DNA from: Candidatus Nanohaloarchaea archaeon
GTDB lineage: Archaea; Nanohalarchaeota; Nanosalinia; Nanosalinales; Nanosalinaceae
NCBI GenBank assembly: GCA_046497485.1
Contig: JAWOFP010000055.1
Coordinates: forward strand, 1-26,916
Reading direction: 5' to 3'
DNA length: 26,916 nucleotides
This document shows, one piece after another, positions 1-8,224 of this stretch. The number at the start of each line of letters is the position of its first letter. The first letter of the stretch is position 1. The notes under the pieces were generated by a model that was not told the DNA's origin, did not search any database, and worked only from the letters and a program-made list of their open reading frames with translations. The translations under genes were made by a program, and so were the position numbers.

Positions 1-62
1 TCATCTTCATACCTCTCAGTGAAGAACTCTTCGAACTTAGTGACCGCCTCCCCATACTCCAT
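1..62 (-). CDS. 5' end of a gene running off the window; probably MCM replicative helicase N-terminus
   Basis: ATG at 62-60 opens MEYGEAVTKFEEFFTERYED..., open to the window edge. It resembles the first helix of archaeal MCM (..KFEEFF..Y.D), but only 20 residues are visible. Confidence 0.45.
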   Translation of the reverse strand, partial: MEYGEAVTKFEEFFTERYED

Positions 63-113
63 GATGTACTTATGGATAGAAAATAACAAAAAACAATCTA
101 ACAAAACAATGTT

Positions 114-413
114 ATGACAGACAAACTTGGGCAAGAAGAAATAGATGAAAGACTCGAAGGCCTGAAAATCTGGAGTATTCAAGCCGATAAACTTGTTACA
201 CGGATAGAGTTTGAGAACTACCGTGAGGCCTGTTTCTTCGCTAACACTGTATTCTCTCTGGCTGAACGAGAGTTCCATCACCCAGAAGTCAAAGTAGAGT
301 ATGGCGCAGTAGAGATTGACTTATGGAGTCATGATGTAGAAGGCCTGACCGAGAAGGACTTCAAATTAGCAAAGGAAATTGAAGACTCAATAAGCGACAT
401 CGACTGGGAATAA
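114..413 (+). CDS. Pterin-4-alpha-carbinolamine dehydratase (PCD/PhhB family)
   Basis: 99 aa; E-x3-HHP-x5-Y-x9-H-x8-D catalytic motif (EREFHHPEVKVEYGAVEIDLWSHDVEGLTEKD). Confidence 0.93.
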   Translation: MTDKLGQEEIDERLEGLKIWSIQADKLVTRIEFENYREACFFANTVFSLAEREFHHPEVKVEYGAVEIDLWSHDVEGLTEKDFKLAKEIEDSISDIDWE

Positions 414-417
414 ATTT

Positions 418-876
418 ATGAGAGTTCCAGAAAGTGCTGACAGAGACTTTGTAGCAGGAGCATTCATAATCGAAAACAATAAAGTCCTATTCTTGAGACA
501 TAAGAAGTACGGTTTGTGGCTTCAGCCCGGCGGCCATGTAGAGGAAAGGGAGACTCCTGATGAAGCTGCTATACGGGAAACTATAGAGGAAGTAGGCCTA
601 AAAATAGAGGTTTTGGATGATTTCAGGCCTGATACTTCTTTCGAGAATAAGTCTGAGGATCTGCCTCAGCCATTCAATATTAACTTACATCAGATTGAGG
701 AAGGTCACTGGCATCTTGACTTCCAGTACTTGGCTAGAACTGTAGATGAGATAGATGAAAAGGAGTATTCTGATGAAGATATGAAATGGTTCTCAAAAGA
801 CGAGCTAGAAAGCGAAGACTTAAATATGCCAGAGAATGCTAGAATAACTGCGTTGAAAGCATTAGAAGAGCTCTAG
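418..876 (+). CDS. Nudix hydrolase
   Basis: Canonical Nudix box GHVEERETPDEAAIRETIEEVGL, preceded by WLQPGG; downstream HWHLDFQY. Confidence 0.92.
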   Translation: MRVPESADRDFVAGAFIIENNKVLFLRHKKYGLWLQPGGHVEERETPDEAAIRETIEEVGLKIEVLDDFRPDTSFENKSEDLPQPFNINLHQIEEGHWHLDFQYLARTVDEIDEKEYSDEDMKWFSKDELESEDLNMPENARITALKALEEL

Positions 877-1329
877 CTAGAATTCTAGAGGCCTTACAGG
901 CACATCTTGAGAGCCTTTTTCTTTGAAATCATCTAGTATTGTATCGAGATCAAATCTGGTTTCAAACTCTCTAATCTCTTCTATTGAGACGTATTTTGCA
1001 TCGAGTATTTCTTCCTCGGCATCTGGCTCAATCTTACCTCCCGTCTTTTCTGCTTCAAAAAGAATCAATGTATTTTTAGCATCAGTCCTATCAGCATCTC
1101 TAGTATAGATCCCAATCAATCCTTTGAGTTGAACTTCCAGGCCTGTTTCTTCTCTTGTCTCTCTTATAGCGGCTTGTTCAATTGTTTCATCGTGATCCTC
1201 ATCTTCTTTGGCGTAACCACCGGAAGGGAGATTCCATTTACCTTTTACATGTTCTTTTCCTTCCTGAATCAGCAGTATTTCTCCTGATTCGTTCTCTATC
1301 AGTGTGCCTGCTCCAAGATGGACAGTCAT
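877..1329 (-). CDS. Nudix hydrolase (MutT/ADP-ribose pyrophosphatase-like)
   Basis: GKWNLPSGG followed by a Nudix box ...ETIEQAAIRETREETGL with a 4-residue insertion. Confidence 0.88.
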   Translation of the reverse strand: MTVHLGAGTLIENESGEILLIQEGKEHVKGKWNLPSGGYAKEDEDHDETIEQAAIRETREETGLEVQLKGLIGIYTRDADRTDAKNTLILFEAEKTGGKIEPDAEEEILDAKYVSIEEIREFETRFDLDTILDDFKEKGSQDVPVRPLEF

Positions 1330-1374
1330 AGAATAATGTTTAGAAAAATGAAGGGAAAAATGTTTTGGAGGTCT

Positions 1375-1938
1375 TTAAAGCGCTCCGATTTCTTTCAAGT
1401 TCTCTTCTAGTTTCTCGATTCCTTCTTCTACATCTTCATAGGTTCTGCCTCCTGTACAGACAAGATTTCCTGATGAGAACAGTAGGAATACGACTTTAGG
1501 TTCGTCAAGTCTATAAACAAGTCCTGGGAACTGTTCTGGTTCGTACTCTGTTCCTACAAGCTCGAATGCAATTCTGTTCAGGTTCAATGTTCCGTCTAAC
1601 TGGCTTGAAGCTACGATGTTCTGTACTGTTACTTCTGGTTTAGTTGCGATTTCTACGTCTGCTTCTCTGAGCTCGTCGATGATCTTGTGGGTTGCTTCTT
1701 TTGCCTGTTCCGGAGACTTGGTTCCTGTACAGACCACTTTTCCTGAGCCAAATAGAAGTGCTGCGGCTTTTGGGTCTTCTAGCCTGTAGACTAGGCCTGG
1801 GAACTGTTCTGGTTCGTACTCTGTGTTTTCGAGGTAGATTGCGATTCGGTCTAGAGGAAGTCTTTGGTCGAATGTTGCGGATGCGACCACGTTCTGAATT
1901 TCGATTTCTTCGTTGTCAATTTCGTCATTATTTGCCAT
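1375..1938 (-). CDS. tbp: TATA-box binding protein
   Basis: Two TBP repeats (IQNVVAS...YEPEQFPGLVYRL...LFGSGKVVCTG and VQNIVAS...YEPEQFPGLVYRL...LFSSGNLVCTG); SD-like AGGTGA at 1953-1948. Confidence 0.98.
   Translation of the reverse strand: MANNDEIDNEEIEIQNVVASATFDQRLPLDRIAIYLENTEYEPEQFPGLVYRLEDPKAAALLFGSGKVVCTGTKSPEQAKEATHKIIDELREADVEIATKPEVTVQNIVASSQLDGTLNLNRIAFELVGTEYEPEQFPGLVYRLDEPKVVFLLFSSGNLVCTGGRTYEDVEEGIEKLEENLKEIGAL
1523..1824. repeat. Perfect 29-bp direct repeat between the two TBP halves
   Basis: cctgggaactgttctggttcgtactctgt at 1523-1551 and 1796-1824. Confidence 0.9.
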
Positions 1939-2075
1939 AGTATTTTTTCACCTTAAGGTTGGAAAGGGTTAAAGAGTAGATGTTTAAATGGTTTATATAC
2001 TCTTTAAGTACCATTTATAAATAAACTCTTTTAAAAGGGAGCGCCTTGTTAAACCTGCAGAACTAATAACAATTG

Positions 2076-2381
2076 ATGAATAAATTTAGGCAGCAGCTAA
2101 TCCTTCTTTTCGCACTTATGGGGTTCCTATCAGCTGTAACAGTATTCTTTGTGACAGTTACATCATCCGATCCCGGTCAAGAAGCTGTAGATAATTCTCA
2201 GAATAATGAGAGTGTTCTACAAAGTATAGAAGTAACTGAACCTGAAGGAGACGGGTTAATAGCACAGTCAATTAAAGGCCTAATAGCTTTGAATGAAGAC
2301 TTCAATACAGGCCTCAGCGCTATATCTGGAGAAGTCAATGAAACTGAGGAAAATAAAAGTTTAGATTCTGATATTGAATAG
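2076..2381 (+). CDS. Hypothetical protein with N-terminal signal/anchor helix and acidic tail
   Basis: MNKFRQQ, then hydrophobic LILLFALMGFLSAVTVFFVTV, then a D/E/S/N-rich region; fills the gap between tbp and rpl15e. Confidence 0.65.
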   Translation: MNKFRQQLILLFALMGFLSAVTVFFVTVTSSDPGQEAVDNSQNNESVLQSIEVTEPEGDGLIAQSIKGLIALNEDFNTGLSAISGEVNETEENKSLDSDIE

Positions 2382-2402
2382 AAAAGTTAATAGAAAGATA
2401 TG

Positions 2403-2978
2403 TTATTTGTTCTTGCCGTCGTTTGCGTTACCTGAAGGCCTTAATTTCTCTGCGCCTTTTCCTTTGTTTTTCAGGCCTCTGCTCTTGTTTGAAGCAGGCG
2501 TCAAACCATTCTCGGCTCTGTTTCTGTTGTCCGCAATCCAGTTAATATCGTCGTCTGCCTGGATTTCAGGATGTTCTGGATCTACTGTGATGACTTCGAA
2601 CCATTTGTAGTTTCCGTCTTCTGCAAGCCAGTAACTATCTAGAACTTCTAGATTCTCAAACTTGGAGGATACTTTCTGTTCACCGATTACTTGTTTGGAT
2701 TTCTTAGAGCTGTATCGGCTCTGTCCTGCCTTTGAAGGCTTTCGTCCGCCGTCTGCTCTTCTTCTTTTGGTTCCTCCCTTATTTACTCTTACACGGTATA
2801 CTTGGAAGCCTTTCTTTGCCTTGTATCCTTTCTGGCGAGCTTTTGGAAGTCTTGTAGGATTCTCATGTCTCTCAATCACTCCTTCTTTTCTCCATTTCTG
2901 AAGTCTATTCTTCCAGATTTCATCCAGATTATCTTTAGGTTGTTCGTATTGTTCTCTGGCGTATTTGTAATAGCTCAC
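2403..2978 (-). CDS. rpl15e: 50S ribosomal protein L15e
   Basis: RLQKWRKE...PTRLPKARQKGYKAKKG...RVRV...NLEVLDSYWLAEDGNYKWFEVITVDPEHPEI; GTG start. Confidence 0.97.
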   Translation of the reverse strand: MSYYKYAREQYEQPKDNLDEIWKNRLQKWRKEGVIERHENPTRLPKARQKGYKAKKGFQVYRVRVNKGGTKRRRADGGRKPSKAGQSRYSSKKSKQVIGEQKVSSKFENLEVLDSYWLAEDGNYKWFEVITVDPEHPEIQADDDINWIADNRNRAENGLTPASNKSRGLKNKGKGAEKLRPSGNANDGKNK

Positions 2979-3083
2979 CGGTAATCAGCTCTAATTCATT
3001 TAGGCGGTGTAAATATTATAAACCCTATCAGATAGCATGGTTAGTAATATAAGAGTTTTTTGTCATTGGTTAGTTGTGATAAT

Positions 3084-3449
3084 ATGCATCCAGCAATAAA
3101 AGTAGCATTTGGAGCTTTAATGGTAGTATTGGGCGTTTACTCTTCACTGAGTTACACCTCAGAACTGGTAAACTTTGTACAAGCAGTTATCGGACCTCTA
3201 CTAATATTAGTAGGAGCATTCATCATTTGGCTTGAAAGTGATGAATGGAGACTGAACATGGAAGACGATTCAGATAGAGGGTTCGATGTACAGCAAAGCC
3301 TCAAACCTCAGACAGAGGACAACAACGATAAAGAGGCTATCAAAGAGGCAGCACAAGACAGTTCAGACAAGATTGCATGCCCAGACTGTGGAAAGGAATT
3401 CGATACAGAAAGAGGAATGAAAATCCACAGAACCCAGAAACACGCCTAA
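3084..3449 (+). CDS. Membrane protein (two TM helices) with C-terminal C2H2 zinc finger
   Basis: Likely ATG at 3084 (MHPAIK); two hydrophobic segments, an acidic linker, then CPDCGKEFDTERGMKIHRTQKH (C-x2-C-x12-H-x4-H). Confidence 0.8.
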   Translation: MHPAIKVAFGALMVVLGVYSSLSYTSELVNFVQAVIGPLLILVGAFIIWLESDEWRLNMEDDSDRGFDVQQSLKPQTEDNNDKEAIKEAAQDSSDKIACPDCGKEFDTERGMKIHRTQKHA

Positions 3450-5110
3450 CTCTGTGAACTATACAGAGATTCCACTCTTTTTTTATTATCTGCTTCTTCT
3501 TTATCATCTCTAAATCTTTTCAGACGCGGAAAACGCAACGCATAACCAGAATTATAATTAGGCGACTCCTGGATTTCTTCATACTCAACTTCTACCAATA
3601 CTTCAGGCCTCAACTCTACATCTCTGCCATCTTCAGACTGGATAAGCGGCTTCAATCTCTCAGTAACTTCTTCTAACTGCTTATCTGTAAGGCCTGAACT
3701 CATTCTACCGACCATCTCATACTCTTCAGTTTCCTCGTTCCAGCAGCCCAGCTTTAATCTCCCAAGCCAACCACTCTTTCTGCCCTCGCTCCACTGAGCT
3801 CCGATAATCGCAAGGTCTAGAGTCTCCATAACCGGCTTTAATTTAACCATGTAACCGACTCTAGAACCCGGTTTATACTCTGCATCTAATGACTTCATCA
3901 TAACGCCTTCATGGTTCTGGCCCAGCGAGGCCTGCTGCATCTCATTGACTTCCTCAACTTCAGAAGTCACAGTCCTATCCACCAAACTAACATCCTCGGA
4001 CTCACTCACAATATCTTCTAATATACTCCATCTCTCCTCGTAAGGCCTCTCCATAACAGACTCTTCATGGTATAAGACATCGAAAGGCCTTAAATCGACA
4101 GGGATTTCTTTCTCCATCTTCTCAATATCATACTTCCTCTTAATCCTCTTTGAGAGCCTCTGGAAAGGAATAACCTCTCCATCTTTCATCCCCACAATCT
4201 CAGAGTCAATTATACAGTTATCAGACTCAATGTTTTCTTCCACATATCTCTTAACATCAGGGAACTGAGAAGTGACATTCTCCAATCTCCGTGTAAAGAT
4301 CTTGACTTCTCCTTCTTTAACATGGATCTGGGCTCTCATGCCATCAAATTTATAATCAACTGCGGCAGGCTTCCCAACAGTCTCAAACCCTTCTTCAATA
4401 TTCTGAACTTTTTTAGCTAACATGGAGTTTACAGGCCTGAAAAGCTGTAAATCTATTTTCTCAAGTTCTTCTGTTCCTTTCCTTGAAGCGATTGCCACTT
4501 TTCTAAAGTCATTTGAGTAGTCATAGGCCTCCTGAATTAGTTCAGAGTTCTCTCCGTTTAGGAAGGCCTCATCAAGCGCGTCTCGTACTGTTCCTTCCCC
4601 TATGCCTATTCTCAGGTTTTCCAGCATTATTCTTGCTAGGTAACGAGCTTCTTCAGGCTCGGCGCTTGAAAGTAGATCGGCGAGAAGCTTCTTTTTCTTA
4701 TCCTGGCTGACACTCTGGGAAATCCCTTCCTTCTCCATTTTCGAGACTTTTTGCAATCTCTTCATGACTTTCTCAACCGTTAATTCGTTTGTCATCAGCT
4801 TTTGCTGGGTCTTTCCTTCAATCATTTTTTCTGCGGCATCACCAAGATCGCCGGAGGTCTTCCATACTTCTTCAACTTCTTCCTCTTTTCTGCCTGAGGC
4901 CTTAGAAATTATATCTACGACGGATTTGCTTGAGATCCCTAGATCGAGGTCTTCCCAAGATGGCGATATACGCCCGAGTGAAAGCATGACAACATCTTCC
5001 AGATCGTCCTCGGATTCACTGTATAGTTCAGATAGAATATCTATTTTTTCTAGTGAGGCCTGTGTGTCTTCAACTTCCTCTAAATAATCTACTAGGTTTG
5101 AAAACTTCAT
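3446..5110 (-). CDS. lig: ATP-dependent DNA ligase
   Basis: Motif I YKFDGMRAQIH, motif III IIDSEIV, motif IV EGVMMK, motif VI LRFPRLKRFRDDK. Confidence 0.97.
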   Translation of the reverse strand: MKFSNLVDYLEEVEDTQASLEKIDILSELYSESEDDLEDVVMLSLGRISPSWEDLDLGISSKSVVDIISKASGRKEEEVEEVWKTSGDLGDAAEKMIEGKTQQKLMTNELTVEKVMKRLQKVSKMEKEGISQSVSQDKKKKLLADLLSSAEPEEARYLARIMLENLRIGIGEGTVRDALDEAFLNGENSELIQEAYDYSNDFRKVAIASRKGTEELEKIDLQLFRPVNSMLAKKVQNIEEGFETVGKPAAVDYKFDGMRAQIHVKEGEVKIFTRRLENVTSQFPDVKRYVEENIESDNCIIDSEIVGMKDGEVIPFQRLSKRIKRKYDIEKMEKEIPVDLRPFDVLYHEESVMERPYEERWSILEDIVSESEDVSLVDRTVTSEVEEVNEMQQASLGQNHEGVMMKSLDAEYKPGSRVGYMVKLKPVMETLDLAIIGAQWSEGRKSGWLGRLKLGCWNEETEEYEMVGRMSSGLTDKQLEEVTERLKPLIQSEDGRDVELRPEVLVEVEYEEIQESPNYNSGYALRFPRLKRFRDDKEEADNKKRVESLYSSQS

Positions 5111-5127
5111 ACCTATTTTATAGGCCT

Positions 5128-5140
5128 GAAAGGTTTAAAC
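5128..5140 (+). promoter_or_regulatory. BRE/TATA promoter candidate for the nitroreductase-family gene
   Basis: GAAAGG-TTTAAAC about 26 bp upstream of the ATG at 5165, the spacing of a leaderless transcript. Confidence 0.6.
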
Positions 5141-5164
5141 AGTCCCGACCAATAAACATGTAGT

Positions 5165-5791
5165 ATGGCAGGCCTGGAAGATTTCAATAGTATCAAAGGT
5201 TTTGACACCGCGAAAGATGAAGTTATAGAGAGGAAGAAGATGGGTAGATTACTTGAAGCAGGTCGTCATGCGCCTTCTCCTGGAAATGTTCATACCGTCG
5301 AGTTTGTCGTAGTAGAGGATCATGGAAAGCTTGATCATCTTTCTGAGGTTGTTGGAGATACTAGAGTTCACAAAGCACCGACTTCTGTAGTTGTGCTTTG
5401 CGATCCGAACAGGATGAGTAGAAGGGTCGATAATGAGATGGAGGCCTGTTTTGCAGAGGTTTCTGCTTCGGTTCAAAATATGCGTATTTTGGCAAACAGT
5501 GAAGGCCTGTGCACTAATCTTGTGATGGGTTTTGATAGTACTGCTGTCGCTAATTTGATTGATTGTCCTGATAGCAAGATTCCCTTGGCAGTACTGAGTT
5601 TTGCATATTCCGATAACCCAACAGATTCCAGTGATAGATTTGGTCTCAATGAGATTTGTTTCTATAATGAATATGGAAACCAAATTGGCAGTGTGTTCGA
5701 TGGCTGGGAGTGGGAAGGTATCCATGAGGAGAGAGAAGTTTATACTAAGAAGCTTCGAGGCCTTGTTAAGAAGTTGAAAGACCGGATATGA
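5165..5791 (+). CDS. Nitroreductase-family protein (divergent)
   Basis: LLEAGRHAPSPGNVHTVEFVVV, KAPTSVVVL, SVQNMRILANSEGLCT..GFD. Confidence 0.85.
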   Translation: MAGLEDFNSIKGFDTAKDEVIERKKMGRLLEAGRHAPSPGNVHTVEFVVVEDHGKLDHLSEVVGDTRVHKAPTSVVVLCDPNRMSRRVDNEMEACFAEVSASVQNMRILANSEGLCTNLVMGFDSTAVANLIDCPDSKIPLAVLSFAYSDNPTDSSDRFGLNEICFYNEYGNQIGSVFDGWEWEGIHEEREVYTKKLRGLVKKLKDRI

Positions 5792-5872
5792 AAGGGTTTA
5801 TAAATATTCGACTCGATTATTTACTTGTTAATGATAACGGACTCAGTTGTGAGTTTGACGGGAAAAATCCAA

Positions 5873-5886
5873 GAAAAAGTTTATAA
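5873..5886 (+). promoter_or_regulatory. BRE/TATA promoter candidate for the trmB-family gene
   Basis: GAAAAAG-TTTATAA; a second candidate GAAAGGG-TTTATAAATA lies near 5790-5806; SD-like AGGTG precedes the ATG at 5927. Confidence 0.55.
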
Positions 5887-5926
5887 CTACTCTAAAGGAA
5901 ACATTCTCATAGGTGTATAGAAGAAA

Positions 5927-6763
5927 ATGGTAGCTAGCCAAGAGACTCTTGACAAATTAGAGGACATCGGACTGAACATGTACGAAAGAAAGATTTACTC
6001 AGCTCTTCTCGGAAGAGGTATCTCGACCGCAGGAGAACTAAGCGAAATGACAAACGTTCCAAGAAGCAGAGCTTACGACGTTCTGGAGTCTCTGGCAGAA
6101 AAAGGCTTCGTAGTAATTAAGTCCAACAAGCCAATGGAGTACGTATCAATCCCTCCACAGCAAGCTATCGAAAACATGAAGTCTCAGCACGAAGACAATT
6201 TAGAAGAGAAACTAAACAAGCTAGACTCAATGAAAGAAAGTGAGGCAGTCAATGAACTTGAGAACCTGTACGATCAGGGAGTAGAACTTGTTGATCCTGC
6301 AGAGATGTCAGGAAGCCTCAAAGGCTCAAGACAAGTCCACCAACACATGGGGACAATGTTCAAAGACGCAGAAAGCTCAATCAAAATACTTACAAGCGAG
6401 CAAGGCCTCAATGAACTAAACGAAAAACATGGAGACCTTCTAGAAGAAGCTAGAGAAGACGGAATCAATGTAAAAGTCCTTTCACCAGTCACACAAGATA
6501 ACAGAAAGGCCTTTGAAGAACTATCACAACATGCAGACGTCCGACACATGGACGAAAATGAACTATCAGCTGTACCAGACGGAAGATTTACAATTGTCGA
6601 TAACGATGCAGCCACAATCTCACTAACACATGACGATGTTCATTCTACTCAGGATACTCATCTTTGGAGTAAGTCAGATCATATGGCTGAAGCAATGCTT
6701 GAACCAATGTTCGACAATATCTGGGACCAAGCACCAGAGAAGCCAAAGGGACCTGAAAAATAA
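5927..6763 (+). CDS. TrmB-family transcriptional regulator / chromatin protein (TrmBL2-like)
   Basis: wHTH GLNMYERKIYSALL...TAGELSEMTNVPRSRAYDVLESLAEKGFV, coiled coil, C-terminal effector-type domain. Confidence 0.92.
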   Translation: MVASQETLDKLEDIGLNMYERKIYSALLGRGISTAGELSEMTNVPRSRAYDVLESLAEKGFVVIKSNKPMEYVSIPPQQAIENMKSQHEDNLEEKLNKLDSMKESEAVNELENLYDQGVELVDPAEMSGSLKGSRQVHQHMGTMFKDAESSIKILTSEQGLNELNEKHGDLLEEAREDGINVKVLSPVTQDNRKAFEELSQHADVRHMDENELSAVPDGRFTIVDNDAATISLTHDDVHSTQDTHLWSKSDHMAEAMLEPMFDNIWDQAPEKPKGPEK

Positions 6764-6786
6764 ATAACGAATATTTTTCCCTATAT

Positions 6787-7308
6787 TTATTCTAATTCAT
6801 TATATCTGTCAAGGAGTTCTAAAGCTCCCAACGCCACAGTCCGATCCATCTTATAACCTAGTTGTTCCACCATTTCTTCGATCTTCTCTTTTGAATCTGC
6901 CTCAATTTCCAAAAACCACGGAATATCTTCATGCTTATCCAAGACTACTTCGACGTCATCTTTAACCCATTTAACTCTCTTCTTGTTATTTTCAAGAGTT
7001 TTATTCAAACTAATTGATTTGAAAAAATTCCTAACTTCATCAGGATTGTCTACATCAAACTCTATCTCTTCTTTAATTTTCAGGTCAGAATCGGGGTTTT
7101 CAGAAGCCATCTTCCTAGTTACAAATGCCTCATCATCTCTTACTCTAAGCCTTAGAAGACCTTCATCGTCAATAGTATCTTTATTCTCGAATCTATAAAG
7201 TTCCGTATGAATCTCGGATTCAAAGATCTTAGATGCTCCAATCTCATATAGCCTTCTCTCAACATCTTCCTTATCTATTTCCAGAATTTTAAGTTCAATT
7301 TCGTCCAC
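6787..7308 (-). CDS. CYTH-domain protein (class IV adenylate cyclase / triphosphate tunnel metalloenzyme family)
   Basis: ExExK motif (EIELK), LRLR, EEIEF, KKR, FLEIE. Start placed at GTG 7308 behind SD-like GGGTG; the ORF track start is 7317. Confidence 0.9.
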   Translation of the reverse strand: MDEIELKILEIDKEDVERRLYEIGASKIFESEIHTELYRFENKDTIDDEGLLRLRVRDDEAFVTRKMASENPDSDLKIKEEIEFDVDNPDEVRNFFKSISLNKTLENNKKRVKWVKDDVEVVLDKHEDIPWFLEIEADSKEKIEEMVEQLGYKMDRTVALGALELLDRYNELE

Positions 7309-7322
7309 TACTGACACCCAAG

Positions 7323-8171
7323 TTACATTACTGCTTTCAAGCCTTGATTAGAGTTAATACTTCCTCCAGAGAAAAGCAGAGAGAAAAGATTGAAGTCCTG
7401 AGTCTGACTTACGCTTACAGGAGTCAAATCCATATCGGTCAAGTTTTCAGCCTTTTGAATCGCCTGATTTCTGCCACCGAGTGAATCGACCAGGCCTAAA
7501 TCTTGAGCTTCCGATCCTAAGAAGATTTCGCCTGTAGAAACTTCTTCTCGCTGATCTTCAGTCAAATTTCTTGCCTCTACTACATCTCCCAGAAATTCAT
7601 CTCCGATTAACCGGGATTTCTCCGCTAAGATCTCTTTTTCTTCCTCTGTTGGTTCTTTGTAAGGTGAGCCGACTTCTTTGTTTTCTCCAGCAGTTACATT
7701 GACATAAGAGACTCCTATTTCATCCATTAAATCCGAGAACTCTATGTATGAGCTGGTGACTCCTATGCTTCCTGTTATAGTTGCTGAATCCGCCACTATT
7801 TCATCACAGCCTAGAGCCGCTAAATATGCTCCTGATGCGCCAGTATCTCTAAATCTGCAGACTGTTGGAACATCAACCGCTTCAATATTTCTTCTCAAGT
7901 CTTTGGAAGCAACCACAGCTCCTCCACCAGAGTTAATCTCATAGATAACTGCATCCACATTTTGATTTTCTGCCTGCCGATTCAGGTTTCTGATACGGTC
8001 AGGAGTTATACCTGTAGAAAATCCTGAGGCCTCCGGAACAATATTTCCAGAGAGCTGGATAACTGCGACATCTCCATTTTCCTGTTGAGTATCGAGTAAG
8101 TCCTGAATTGATAGAGCTGCCGCCCCTGAAATCAAAAATAGAGTTGCCAAAAATACAATAACTTTCTTCAT
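7323..8171 (-). CDS. sppA: Signal peptide peptidase SppA (S49)
   Basis: INSGGG, GASGAYLAA, TITGSIGV, GLVDSLGG; signal peptide MKKVIVFLATLFLISGAAA supports a start at 8171. Confidence 0.93.
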   Translation of the reverse strand: MKKVIVFLATLFLISGAAALSIQDLLDTQQENGDVAVIQLSGNIVPEASGFSTGITPDRIRNLNRQAENQNVDAVIYEINSGGGAVVASKDLRRNIEAVDVPTVCRFRDTGASGAYLAALGCDEIVADSATITGSIGVTSSYIEFSDLMDEIGVSYVNVTAGENKEVGSPYKEPTEEEKEILAEKSRLIGDEFLGDVVEARNLTEDQREEVSTGEIFLGSEAQDLGLVDSLGGRNQAIQKAENLTDMDLTPVSVSQTQDFNLFSLLFSGGSINSNQGLKAVM

Positions 8172-8224
8172 ATGCAATTGAGGCCTGCTTTTTCTTTTTA
8201 ACTTTTCCATACTCACCTGTAATT

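Noticed and set aside
6513..7491. Gaps of about 1 kb without AGGCCT (also 2479-3604, 15209-16194, 24973-26062) as possible foreign DNA
   Set aside because: With a mean spacing near 280 bp and about 95 sites, a few gaps of this size are expected by chance, and several fall in clearly native genes.
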